Source: Pseudodesulfovibrio mercurii
Lineage (GTDB): Bacteria; Desulfobacterota; Desulfovibrionia; Desulfovibrionales; Desulfovibrionaceae
DNA length: 32,000 bases
Direction: 5' to 3'
Assembly (NCBI RefSeq): GCF_000189295.2
Contig: NC_016803.1
Coordinates: 1,650,001-1,682,000, forward strand
The notes under the pieces are model-generated. The model was not told where the DNA came from. It saw only the letters and a list, made by a program, of their open reading frames with translations, and did not search any database. Below are positions 1 through 6,841 of the stretch, one piece after another (position 1 is the stretch's first letter; each line of letters opens with the position of its first letter). A program made the position numbers and the translations under genes.

Positions 1-573
1 ATGGGTCACCACACCCGGCCGCCGCACCGGGCCGACCGCATGTGGGGGGTGGTGGACACGACCATCCGCAAGGTCTGCGCCAACGTGTTCTGCCCGGTCA
101 TGGTGGTCACCAACCCCATGCCCGCCGGGGCGTCCATCAGGCGCATCGTCATGGCCACGGACTTTTCCACCCCGTCGGATTCGGCCCTGTGCTACGCGGT
201 GCAGATGGCCGCCTCCTTCGGGGCGCACCTGGACATCTTCCACGTGCTCGACGTGGGCCAGGTCACGCCCAATCCCGAGTACTACATGCAGTCCATGGAG
301 GTCTTCATCGACAAGGCCCTGGCCCGCATGCACAGCCGCTACGCCCGGGCCCTGGACGGCGTCGACCACGAGTTCCACTGCTGGGAGGGGCTGCCCTACG
401 TGGAAATCCTCAAGCAGGCCCGCTGGCAGGAGGCGGACGTGGTCATCATGGCCCAGTACTCGTCCAGCGAGGACCACGCCAAGCCCTCGGTGGGGTCCAC
501 CACCATCCAGGTGGCGCTGTCGCCGGGTTGCCCGGCCATCCTGGTCAACTACCGCGCGCGCACGTGCATCTAG
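1..573 (+). CDS. Universal stress protein (UspA family), 5' end probably outside the window (looks like a tandem-Usp protein)
   Basis: The frame is open from base 1 and stops at TAG 571-573. 'IRRIVMATDFSTPSDSAL...' is a typical Usp domain start and '...GSTTIQVALSPGCPAILV' a typical Usp C-terminal motif. The preceding 'VVDTTIRKVCANVFCPVMVV' resembles the tail of an upstream Usp domain. Confidence 0.8.
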   Translation: MGHHTRPPHRADRMWGVVDTTIRKVCANVFCPVMVVTNPMPAGASIRRIVMATDFSTPSDSALCYAVQMAASFGAHLDIFHVLDVGQVTPNPEYYMQSMEVFIDKALARMHSRYARALDGVDHEFHCWEGLPYVEILKQARWQEADVVIMAQYSSSEDHAKPSVGSTTIQVALSPGCPAILVNYRARTCI

Positions 574-581
574 GAGCGACC

Positions 582-1004
582 ATGGCCCGAACCCTCTGCG
601 CCCTGGCCGCCCTGGCCTGCCTGCTCACGGCCTTCGGCTGCGGCGTGCCCAAACAGAAGATTCCGGTGTCCACCGACCCGCTGGGCGCCGTGGTGTACGC
701 CGACGGCGACAGGGCCTGCGGGTCCACGCCCTGCTCGGTCCGTCTGGACCGCCGGTCCGACCATCTCCTGACCATCGTCAAGGAGGGGTACGAGCAGGTC
801 GAGGTCGTGGTGCGCCGCGAGTTCAAACCGGACCGCGCCATCCGCGACGGGGTCATCTCCGGGATCATCAAGGGCGGCGACCCCGAGGCCGTGGCCGCGG
901 AAACGGCCAGGGAGGTGGACGAGCAGGAGCGCAGCGGCGAGGCCTACGTGCTCGAACCGTCCATCGTGACCATCCGGCTGACGCCCAAGGGCACGGGGAT
1001 ATGA
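582..1004 (+). CDS. Putative lipoprotein with PEGA-like domain
   Basis: ATG at 582 lies 8 nt after a GGAG. The signal peptide has a lipobox ('LLTAFGC'). 'PCSVRLDRRSDHLLTIVKEGYEQVEV' is PEGA-like. This is the in-frame 3' part of the 42-1004 ORF, whose 5' part overlaps the Usp gene and is treated as artefact. Confidence 0.7.
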   Translation: MARTLCALAALACLLTAFGCGVPKQKIPVSTDPLGAVVYADGDRACGSTPCSVRLDRRSDHLLTIVKEGYEQVEVVVRREFKPDRAIRDGVISGIIKGGDPEAVAAETAREVDEQERSGEAYVLEPSIVTIRLTPKGTGI

Positions 1005-1492
1005 CCATGGCCTACCGACGCACAACGGACCGGCCCAAGCGCCGGAACAAGGCCCAGAGCGTGGGCGACGCCCTGCCGGGCCTGCTGGACGGCCTGGACC
1101 GGGCGGGCGGCCGCAGGCTGGTCATGCTGTGGCGGGCCTGGGACGAGCTGCTCGGCGACATGGCCGCCATGGCGCGGCCCGTGGGTCATCGCGGCGGCAG
1201 GCTGGTCCTGGCCGCGGGCGATCCCATCGTCATGCAGGAGGCCCAGTATCTCGGCCCCATGATCCTCAAAAAGGTCAATGAATTTTTGGGACAGGAAGTC
1301 TTTGACAAAGTGGTGTTCGAACTGCTAAACGGCAGAGTTCCTTTGGACGGAGTGATCCGGCCGGAGGCCCCTAAGCCTCCGAGGAAACTTAAAAAACCTG
1401 AGAAGTTAGGCAGCTTGAATGAGCAGCTGGACCCGGATTCGCCTGTTGGCAGGTGCTACCGGGCCTACCAGCGAATGTTTGACGACTCGTAA
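1001..1492 (+). CDS. DUF721 (DciA-like) domain protein
   Basis: The ATGA start/stop overlap with the upstream gene suggests translational coupling. The N-terminal two thirds ('LPGLLDGL...WRAWDELLGDMAAMARPVGHRGGRLVLAAGDPIVMQEAQYL...IL') matches my memory of the DUF721 pattern. The start could instead be the ATG at 1007. Confidence 0.6.
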   Translation: MTMAYRRTTDRPKRRNKAQSVGDALPGLLDGLDRAGGRRLVMLWRAWDELLGDMAAMARPVGHRGGRLVLAAGDPIVMQEAQYLGPMILKKVNEFLGQEVFDKVVFELLNGRVPLDGVIRPEAPKPPRKLKKPEKLGSLNEQLDPDSPVGRCYRAYQRMFDDS

Positions 1493-1530
1493 CACAATTC
1501 CGCTTCAGGTATTTTTTTAAGGAGTACACC

Positions 1531-1881
1531 ATGAGCGAAGAAGTAAAAGAGATTTCCTTTGACGAGCTTGGCCTGACCAAGCCCCTTGAGAAGATGACCG
1601 CCAAGGAGCTGCGTGCCCTGTGCATGGACAAGCTCCCCATGATCTCCGGCGCCTCCGGCAAGGAAAAGGAAGTGCTGGTCCAGGAGATCAAGGAAGTCTT
1701 CGGCATCGTCGAAGAGGAGCAGATCTCCCCCTACAAGAAGCAGATCCACGAGATCAAGCGGCAGATCCGCGCCCTGCGCGAGAAGAAGAGCGCGACCGAG
1801 GACCGTACCCAGCGCGATCGCATCCGCCGTCAGATCACCAAGCTGAAGAAGCGCACCCGTCGGCTCGCCCGGGCCGTCTAA
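1531..1881 (+). CDS. Small hypothetical protein, acidic N-terminus and highly basic C-terminal tail
   Basis: A strong SD ('TAAGGAG') lies 7 nt upstream of the ATG and codon usage is clean. The tail is 'RQITKLKKRTRRLARAV'. I recognise no family. Confidence 0.6.
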   Translation: MSEEVKEISFDELGLTKPLEKMTAKELRALCMDKLPMISGASGKEKEVLVQEIKEVFGIVEEEQISPYKKQIHEIKRQIRALREKKSATEDRTQRDRIRRQITKLKKRTRRLARAV

Positions 1882-1898
1882 ATTGTGCAAAAAAGAAG

Positions 1899-1927
1899 TT
1901 GACATAAAAGGGGCCAACCCTTAAATC
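1899..1927 (+). promoter_or_regulatory. Sigma70-type promoter of the tRNA-Gln/tRNA-Glu operon
   Basis: TTGACA (1899-1904), a 17-bp spacer, then TAAATC (1922-1927). It ends 13 nt upstream of the tRNA-Gln 5' end. Confidence 0.5.
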
Positions 1928-1940
1928 AACTTCTCGCTGT

Positions 1941-2015
1941 TGGGCTGTCGTTCAATTGGCAGGACGACGGATTCTGGCTCCGTTAATCAAGGTTCGAGTC
2001 CTTGCAGCCCAGCCA
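1941..2015 (+). tRNA. tRNA-Gln (anticodon CUG)
   Basis: Manual cloverleaf: acceptor TGGGCTG/CAGCCCA, anticodon stem ACGGA/TCCGT, loop TTCTGGC, T-arm CAAGG-TTCGAGT-CCTTG, encoded CCA. Confidence 0.9.
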
Positions 2016-2020
2016 CCTGC

Positions 2021-2098
2021 GTCCCCATCGTCTAGCCTGGTCCAGGACGACGGCCTTTCACGCCGTTAACAGGGGTTCAAATCCCCTTGGGGACGCCA
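2021..2098 (+). tRNA. tRNA-Glu (anticodon UUC); integration target of the island array
   Basis: GTCCCC...GGGGACGCCA closely resembles canonical bacterial tRNA-Glu. Anticodon stem ACGGC/GCCGT, loop CTTTCAC, T-arm AGGGG-TTCAAAT-CCCCT, encoded CCA. Confidence 0.9.
2050..2098 (+). repeat. att core copy 1 (49-bp 3' part of tRNA-Glu, within the intact gene)
   Basis: 'acggcctttcacgccgttaacaggggttcaaatccccttggggacgcca' recurs identically at 16226-16274 and 25155-25203, and with 3 mismatches at 28903-28951. Confidence 0.9.
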
Positions 2099-2107
2099 AG
2101 GAAATAC

Positions 2108-2143
2108 AAGGCCTTACGCACACCGCGTAAGGCCTTTTCCTTT
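2108..2143 (+). terminator. Intrinsic terminator after tRNA-Glu (possibly bidirectional, also closing int)
   Basis: A 12-bp perfect stem aaggccttacgc/gcgtaaggcctt (2108-2136) with a 5-nt loop is followed by a T-rich tract 'ttccttttc'. An A-rich tract lies on the other side. Confidence 0.6.
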
Positions 2144-2144
2144 T

Positions 2145-2170
2145 CACGTGTCACCCGCAAGTGTCATTTT
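2145..2170. repeat. Candidate integrase arm-type site (left end of island 1)
   Basis: 'cacgtgtcacccgcaagtgtcatttt' is a direct repeat of 'cacgtgtcgcccaagtgtcatttt' at 16116-16139. It is also related to 25046-25069 and 28794-28818, and a degenerate copy lies at about 16320-16345. Confidence 0.4.
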
Positions 2171-2177
2171 TCCGGGA

Positions 2178-3233
2178 TCAGCTCCCGACCGCATCGCCCA
2201 GGGCCGCATCCAGGGCATCCACGGCACCGGTGGTCTTCTTCACCCGGAGGATGTAGCGCTGGGTCGTGGCAATGGACTTGTGCCGAAGCAGGTGCTTCAC
2301 TTCCATGATGGTCGCACCGTTGTCGATAGCCACTCGGGCCGCCAGGTGGCGGATGCCATGAAAGCCGAACGGCTTCACCCCGGCTTCGGTGCACAACCGC
2401 TTCAGCCACCGATTGTTAGGGTCCAAAAGACCGTTGAATCGATTGCCGAAGACCAGGTCCTCGGCGCCGGACACCAGCTTCCATTCGGCCAGCTTGGCTC
2501 GAAGCCCTGCGGACATGGGGAGCTCATCGAATTCCGCGTTTCCGCTTCGACGCTTCCGTGTCCAGTAGCCGACAAGCCCTAATCCGAAGTCGACCTCGCT
2601 CCACTTGAGCTTCCAGAGCTCGCTCCTGCGCGGCGCGGTATGGAAGGCCAGCAACAGCAGTTGCCGACGACGAGGCCCGGCCAGGTCCAGCACCTTGCGG
2701 AAATCGTCCAGCGGCGGGACATAGCGCGGGTGGCGATCCTCGGGGAACCTGTCCACATGCTGAAAGGGATTGTCCCGGTCCAGATTGAGGTACTTGATCC
2801 CCCACACCCAGGCTGCGGCAAGGTTCTTGCGATCCTTGTTCGCCGAATTTCCGGATACCGCCTTGGAAACCCTGGCCAGATGTTCCAGAGCCACGTGAAG
2901 GCTGATTCGCCCGACCAGCGACCGGTCGTCCCTGAGGAAAGACCCCAGTCGCGGGAAAGCCAACCGCTTTTCGTTGTAGGTCTTCCGGCACATCGTGGCC
3001 TCGACGTGATCGAGGTAACGATTCGCCCATTCCGTCACGGTCAGAGCCCGGCCAATCACATCGGCCTTGGCAGGGTTTCTCTGATCGGCCACCTTCAATG
3101 CCTTGACGGTTTCGCCTTCCCAATCCTCTGCCTGTCTCTTGGTTTCAAAGAACTTCGTGCGCCTGATGATCGGACCATGTGTCGGGGCGAAACGCACCAC
3201 GCCCCTCCACCGTTTTCCTTCCTTGTAAGGCAT
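2178..3233 (-). CDS. Tyrosine site-specific integrase (island 1, intact)
   Basis: 351-aa ORF next to the tRNA. Catalytic signature: 'TAPRRSEL' (Arg), 'HGIRHLAA' (His-x-x-Arg), 'LLRHKSIATTQRY' (His...Tyr). Confidence 0.9.
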   Translation of the reverse strand: MPYKEGKRWRGVVRFAPTHGPIIRRTKFFETKRQAEDWEGETVKALKVADQRNPAKADVIGRALTVTEWANRYLDHVEATMCRKTYNEKRLAFPRLGSFLRDDRSLVGRISLHVALEHLARVSKAVSGNSANKDRKNLAAAWVWGIKYLNLDRDNPFQHVDRFPEDRHPRYVPPLDDFRKVLDLAGPRRRQLLLLAFHTAPRRSELWKLKWSEVDFGLGLVGYWTRKRRSGNAEFDELPMSAGLRAKLAEWKLVSGAEDLVFGNRFNGLLDPNNRWLKRLCTEAGVKPFGFHGIRHLAARVAIDNGATIMEVKHLLRHKSIATTQRYILRVKKTTGAVDALDAALGDAVGS

Positions 3234-3272
3234 ATTTTCTCCTGCAGGGAAGGTCGCTTACCAGTATTGAAG

Positions 3273-3518
3273 TTACCAAATGCCATGACGATCCGTCAAA
3301 TCTGACCGGCTACCGCCTTCGTCCGTGACTGGCGTCTTTTCTGCATGGCCGACCTGTCCCCTGGCGATGTACGCCTTGAGCAGATCATGGTGAAATCGGA
3401 TGCCCCGTTTCCCAATCCGAAAAGCCCCCAGCGCGGCAAGCATGGCCGGAGTTCTGACCAGGCTTTCCGAACAATTCAGGATTCGGGCGACATCCTTGAC
3501 CTTCAATGCGTTCGACAT
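3273..3518 (-). CDS. Excisionase-family / AlpA-like helix-turn-helix DNA-binding protein
   Basis: 81 aa, immediately upstream of int on the same strand. 'LKVKDVARILNCSESLVR...FRIGKRGIRFHHDLLKAYI' fits the excisionase-type HTH pattern. Confidence 0.65.
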   Translation of the reverse strand: MSNALKVKDVARILNCSESLVRTPAMLAALGAFRIGKRGIRFHHDLLKAYIARGQVGHAEKTPVTDEGGSRSDLTDRHGIW

Positions 3519-3667
3519 GCGACCTAAACCAAAAGGTTAAACACCTGTCCCGGTGCGGGACTCCCAGCCAACCCTTCAGTTTAAGCACGCCGGTATATTT
3601 GAGAGCAAGGAACCGGAAACGGATATTTTCACTTTTTCTACAAGTATTGCTCCTGCCCAGTGAAAGT

Positions 3668-3752
3668 CCTCCGCGCCCATCGGCCACAAGCCGACGGGCG
3701 CGGAGGACGGTTGCCTGGAGATGAATCGCTCAGGCGATTCATCTCCAGGCAA
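3668..3752 (-). repeat. Two long tandem hairpins downstream of the rec2 terminator
   Basis: Hairpin 1 (3668-3706) has a 17-bp stem with a single A/C mismatch that becomes a G-U pair on the minus-strand transcript. Hairpin 2 (3711-3752) has a 19-bp perfect stem and a 4-nt loop. The structural counterparts in island 2 are at 17064-17153. Confidence 0.7.
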
Positions 3753-3760
3753 CCTCACGC

Positions 3761-3791
3761 CCAAAAGGAAACCCCACCGGGAATGGCGGGG
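3761..3791 (-). terminator. Intrinsic terminator of the rec2 gene
   Basis: On the minus strand, ccccgcc-attccc-ggtgggg (with one G-U pair) is followed by 'tttcctttt'. It starts 7 nt after the stop codon. Confidence 0.65.
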
Positions 3792-3797
3792 CTTCTT

Positions 3798-4754
3798 CTA
3801 ACGGGAACTGCCAAGGTAGGCATCGGACACATCCCGCCTTCCTGCGGAATGTCCTGCGGTCACTTCGATTTCGTCACGGGCTTCGGCGTCAAGCCGAGGC
3901 CATTCATCCCCTGCCACGTCATAGGCAGTTTGTTGCAAGACTTTTACTGAAGAGTGCTGATTGGGCGGCTGAAAGCCCGTGTGCTTAACGTACAGGCGGT
4001 GAAACCGTTCATGACGGTTGCTGTGCAGCGTCCACCCACTTTCTTTCTTGGTAAACCCGCAAAGCCTAGCCGCGTAGGACAGTTTTTCCTGCCACTTGTC
4101 GCCCATCCCTTCAGGCATGAGATTATGTACCCCCGGTCTGTTGGATTGACTGATATATGGCAACGCCCGTTCCAGAGCGTCCTGCTGCTTGTCGGACAGA
4201 TTGGTCAGCGTCCTCGGCCGTCCCCCTTTCGTCCCATACTGGACGAGCAGGCTGCGGCCTTCCCTATTCCAGTCCTTGACCAGATCGACTTTGGCCGACT
4301 CTTCTCGACGAAGGCCCAGTTCCCATTGCAGGCGAATTTGGGCGGCACACCGGGAACCGTATTCATAGCCAAACTCGTTTTCCAGCTTGTCGATTGCCCC
4401 CTGCACGAAGGCGGGGGCAACCGCTTTGCTGTTGGCGTTGGCAATGCTGCCCCGCCGGACGTCGAACACGTCATTGGTCGGGCTGATGCCGGTATTTCCG
4501 TAGGCCTTGCAAAGGGCACGGGCCGCCGAAAAAATTTCGGTGATGCGCCCGTCACCCTTGCCTTCTTCCTGCATTTGCCGGGCAACATCCGAAAAGTGCT
4601 TGTTCGTGACATTGGTCCATTTGCGAACCCCGAACCCTGCACGGCGAAGCCGCTTGGCAAAAGTTCGGGCATTCTGACGGACCCTATTCTGCTTCGAACG
4701 CGGGCCGGACAGGGTTGCCCTGTTCGCGCCCAGTACCAGACTGATGGATTTCAT
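3798..4754 (-). CDS. Second tyrosine-recombinase-like protein (Integrase_1/PF12835-like, family named from memory)
   Basis: I chose the start at 4754 (MKSISL...) because 'AGGAAGGAGA' precedes it; the tracked ORF begins 14 codons earlier. Candidate catalytic residues: 'LGLRREE', 'TKGGRPR', 'HSNRHERF', 'AGHSAGRRDVSDAYL'. A paralog lies at 17194-18150. Confidence 0.6.
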   Translation of the reverse strand: MKSISLVLGANRATLSGPRSKQNRVRQNARTFAKRLRRAGFGVRKWTNVTNKHFSDVARQMQEEGKGDGRITEIFSAARALCKAYGNTGISPTNDVFDVRRGSIANANSKAVAPAFVQGAIDKLENEFGYEYGSRCAAQIRLQWELGLRREESAKVDLVKDWNREGRSLLVQYGTKGGRPRTLTNLSDKQQDALERALPYISQSNRPGVHNLMPEGMGDKWQEKLSYAARLCGFTKKESGWTLHSNRHERFHRLYVKHTGFQPPNQHSSVKVLQQTAYDVAGDEWPRLDAEARDEIEVTAGHSAGRRDVSDAYLGSSR

Positions 4755-5519
4755 GTGAATCTCCTTCCTGAAATTCGGGGCAACGCCCCGGGACAAAGCA
4801 GGTCAGACCTTCCCCGTTTGCCGGGAAATGACCTGCCTATGGCGCGAATGCGCCACACAACAACCGACACGGGACAAATCAATGTCCGTTTCCCACTGAA
4901 GGAAAATTCAGGAATCCATTTAATAAGGTGTGCCACCACGCAGGCTCATTCGTCCTGCGCATAAAGCGGTGGCCGTGGGGGAATTTCGACAACGGCAGAT
5001 TTGTAGATACCTGTCGTTTGTCCGGCGGGGGTGCTGTGTTTCAGCCTGGCGTTTGGATGTGAAAGCGTGCCGTTTGGAAATGAACGGCAGCGAAGTCTTT
5101 GGCGTTACGGCATGTTAGTGCCTACTTAAGCGTTCATCAGTTTAGACTTGCGTCAAAACTTATGAACGCGCCTTGGGTGCGTTTTACCTCCTTCTGGTGA
5201 CCGATTTATCCGGTGGATATGCCCAACCATATGACGCCACGAAACTTTCGCGCAAGCTTCTGCGAAGGGATATTTGCTCCTCCCGCCGTTTTTCCAGCGA
5301 GCGTGACGCAAGCAGCCGCCACGGCAAGGCCAAGCCCTTCGGGCGGACGCTTCGCGATCCGGCCTTGCCCCGGCGACTTTGCTTGCGTCGTCATCAACGC
5401 AGGCGACGGCGAGAGGGATGGCGGATTCGACTCCGGCTCAAGGGATATCCTCAGATCCCTGCTCACGCATCCACCCCAAAAAAGCAACAAATCCCTTGCT
5501 ACTGATTAGCAACTTATTT

Positions 5520-5559
5520 ATTAACAGGGTTAAGCAATTAGTTGCTTAACACTGTTAAT
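5520..5559. promoter_or_regulatory. Palindromic operator candidate (C-box-like) upstream of the HTH gene
   Basis: attaacagggttaagcaa - ttag - ttgcttaacactgttaat: 18-bp arms with 1 mismatch, ending 17 nt upstream of the ATG at 5577. An SD-like 'aaggtgg' lies between them. Confidence 0.5.
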
Positions 5560-5576
5560 AAGGTGGTTGATTAACC

Positions 5577-6065
5577 ATGGCTGAAGATGATGACGTTGAC
5601 CTCACCCCCGTGAAGACCCCGGAACAATTGTTGAAGGAAGAAGTCGGGCTTTATCTGAAGATTGTCCGGGAGAATCGGCATAAGCCCCTCAGATGGGTTG
5701 CCCAGAAGTTGGGATACTCCAGCTCGTTCATATCCCAGATCGAGAAAGGGCGCGCTCCCATTCCACTGGATCGGGTCCTAGACTTTTCCTTGGCCTATGA
5801 CCTCCCCATACCGGAGTTCGTTCGTATCGTTCTCGTCACCATGCACAACGACACGTATAAGGCGTTGATGAGCATACTGGAAAATGACCCGGAAATGGCT
5901 CATGCAGCTGAGCAGTGCCACTCGACGAACGATCCGAAACTACAAGCCAAACGACGTAAAGCCCTCAATCCGGGGCTGAGCTCAAAGTCGCTTGACCGGA
6001 TGCGAACATTCATCTTGAAAAACCAAAAACCGGAATACGGGAAACCGATGGCAGGTGACGCTTGA
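5577..6065 (+). CDS. XRE-family helix-turn-helix regulator (controller-protein-like, with a long C-terminal extension)
   Basis: 'LRWVAQKLGYSSSFISQIEKGRAPIPLDRVLDFSLAY' is an HTH_3-type motif. Its stop codon overlaps the start of the methyltransferase gene. Confidence 0.75.
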   Translation: MAEDDDVDLTPVKTPEQLLKEEVGLYLKIVRENRHKPLRWVAQKLGYSSSFISQIEKGRAPIPLDRVLDFSLAYDLPIPEFVRIVLVTMHNDTYKALMSILENDPEMAHAAEQCHSTNDPKLQAKRRKALNPGLSSKSLDRMRTFILKNQKPEYGKPMAGDA

Positions 6066-6790
6066 AAGACCTTCGGAAACAAGACTATCTGGGGGTGACC
6101 TCATCGTCGGAAGACGGCGACATCCACAACAATGACGCCTACCTGTTTCTGGGGAATTGTCCTGCCCATCGGTACGAAGCCATAATCACGGACCCACCTT
6201 ACGAAATCGGAATTGCAAGCAAGGAATGGGATTGTAAAGAGCTACAGATCGACGTCCTGGCTTACCAGTTTCATCGGGTCCTGAAACCTGGCGGCAATGT
6301 TTTTGTCTTCTGCTCGGACTTTCAATTCGGCACCTGGTATCGAGAACTCTCCCGCTACTTCACCAAGTTGCGCAAGTATGCTTGGTGCAAGCCTGATTCA
6401 GTCGGGTACAACAAAGGTATGTTTCAGGAAAGCTTTGAACTCGGGCTACATGCCTGCTCGGACGATTCATACTTCGACATGGGGAATTATTATAAAAATC
6501 ATACCGTCATAGGGAAAACATCGGGAAAGGAACGGATAATGCCTGACCCAGATGAAGAGTGGACAAAGGGAAAAGGCTCCAAGGCCCTTCACCCCACTCA
6601 AAAATCTCTGGAGGTAATCAAAAACCTGGTTTCCGCATTGAGCAAAGAAGGCGACACGATTCTTGATCCCTTTTCAGGCACCGGAACTCTGAGGGTCGCA
6701 GCCAAGCAGTTGGGCAGAAAATTTGAGATGATCGATTATGGATTCCGAAACCACATTGCGGCTTGGGATAGGATCTTAGGAAAAGAGTGA
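6062..6790 (+). CDS. DNA methyltransferase, beta-class N6-adenine or N4-cytosine (N6_N4_Mtase type)
   Basis: Motif IV 'ITDPPYEIG' precedes 'HPTQKSLEV' and motif I 'LDPFSGTGT'. A TTG start at 6062 overlaps the TGA of the HTH gene (TTGA), and 'aggtga' lies 5 nt upstream. There is no ATG alternative. Confidence 0.8.
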   Translation: MKDLRKQDYLGVTSSSEDGDIHNNDAYLFLGNCPAHRYEAIITDPPYEIGIASKEWDCKELQIDVLAYQFHRVLKPGGNVFVFCSDFQFGTWYRELSRYFTKLRKYAWCKPDSVGYNKGMFQESFELGLHACSDDSYFDMGNYYKNHTVIGKTSGKERIMPDPDEEWTKGKGSKALHPTQKSLEVIKNLVSALSKEGDTILDPFSGTGTLRVAAKQLGRKFEMIDYGFRNHIAAWDRILGKE

Positions 6791-6841
6791 GTTCGTTACA
6801 TTGAATGAACGTTTGGTCATATTTGTATTCAAGGACGGAGG

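Noticed and set aside
42-1004. A 320-aa ORF that overlaps the Usp gene in another frame
   Set aside because: Its first 180 codons are Gly/Arg/Pro/His-rich, which is typical of off-frame translation of GC-rich coding DNA. A proper SD plus ATG plus a lipoprotein signal peptide begins at 582, so only 582-1004 is called.
2524-4964. Long alternative-frame and antisense ORFs over int and rec2 (2524-3123, 2640-3305, 3954-4964, 4205-4672), with their island 2 counterparts at 17340-18309
   Set aside because: They are shadow ORFs opposite or overlapping genes with clear recombinase motifs. Their products are low-complexity, Arg/Pro/Gly-rich, and lack motifs and ribosome-binding sites.
4930-5118. A 62-aa ORF conserved between the islands (also 18328-18516)
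   Set aside because: My manual comparison finds 11 amino-acid changes in 62 residues, and nearly every nucleotide difference changes the protein. That pattern points to conserved non-coding DNA rather than a protein under purifying selection. No SD is present.
5173-5509. Three mutually overlapping ORFs (5173-5505 +, 5213-5509 +, 5206-5490 -)
   Set aside because: Simultaneous openness in three frames, with Arg/Pro/Ser-rich products, is a signature of GC-rich non-coding sequence. It is treated as a possible structured element instead (see findings).
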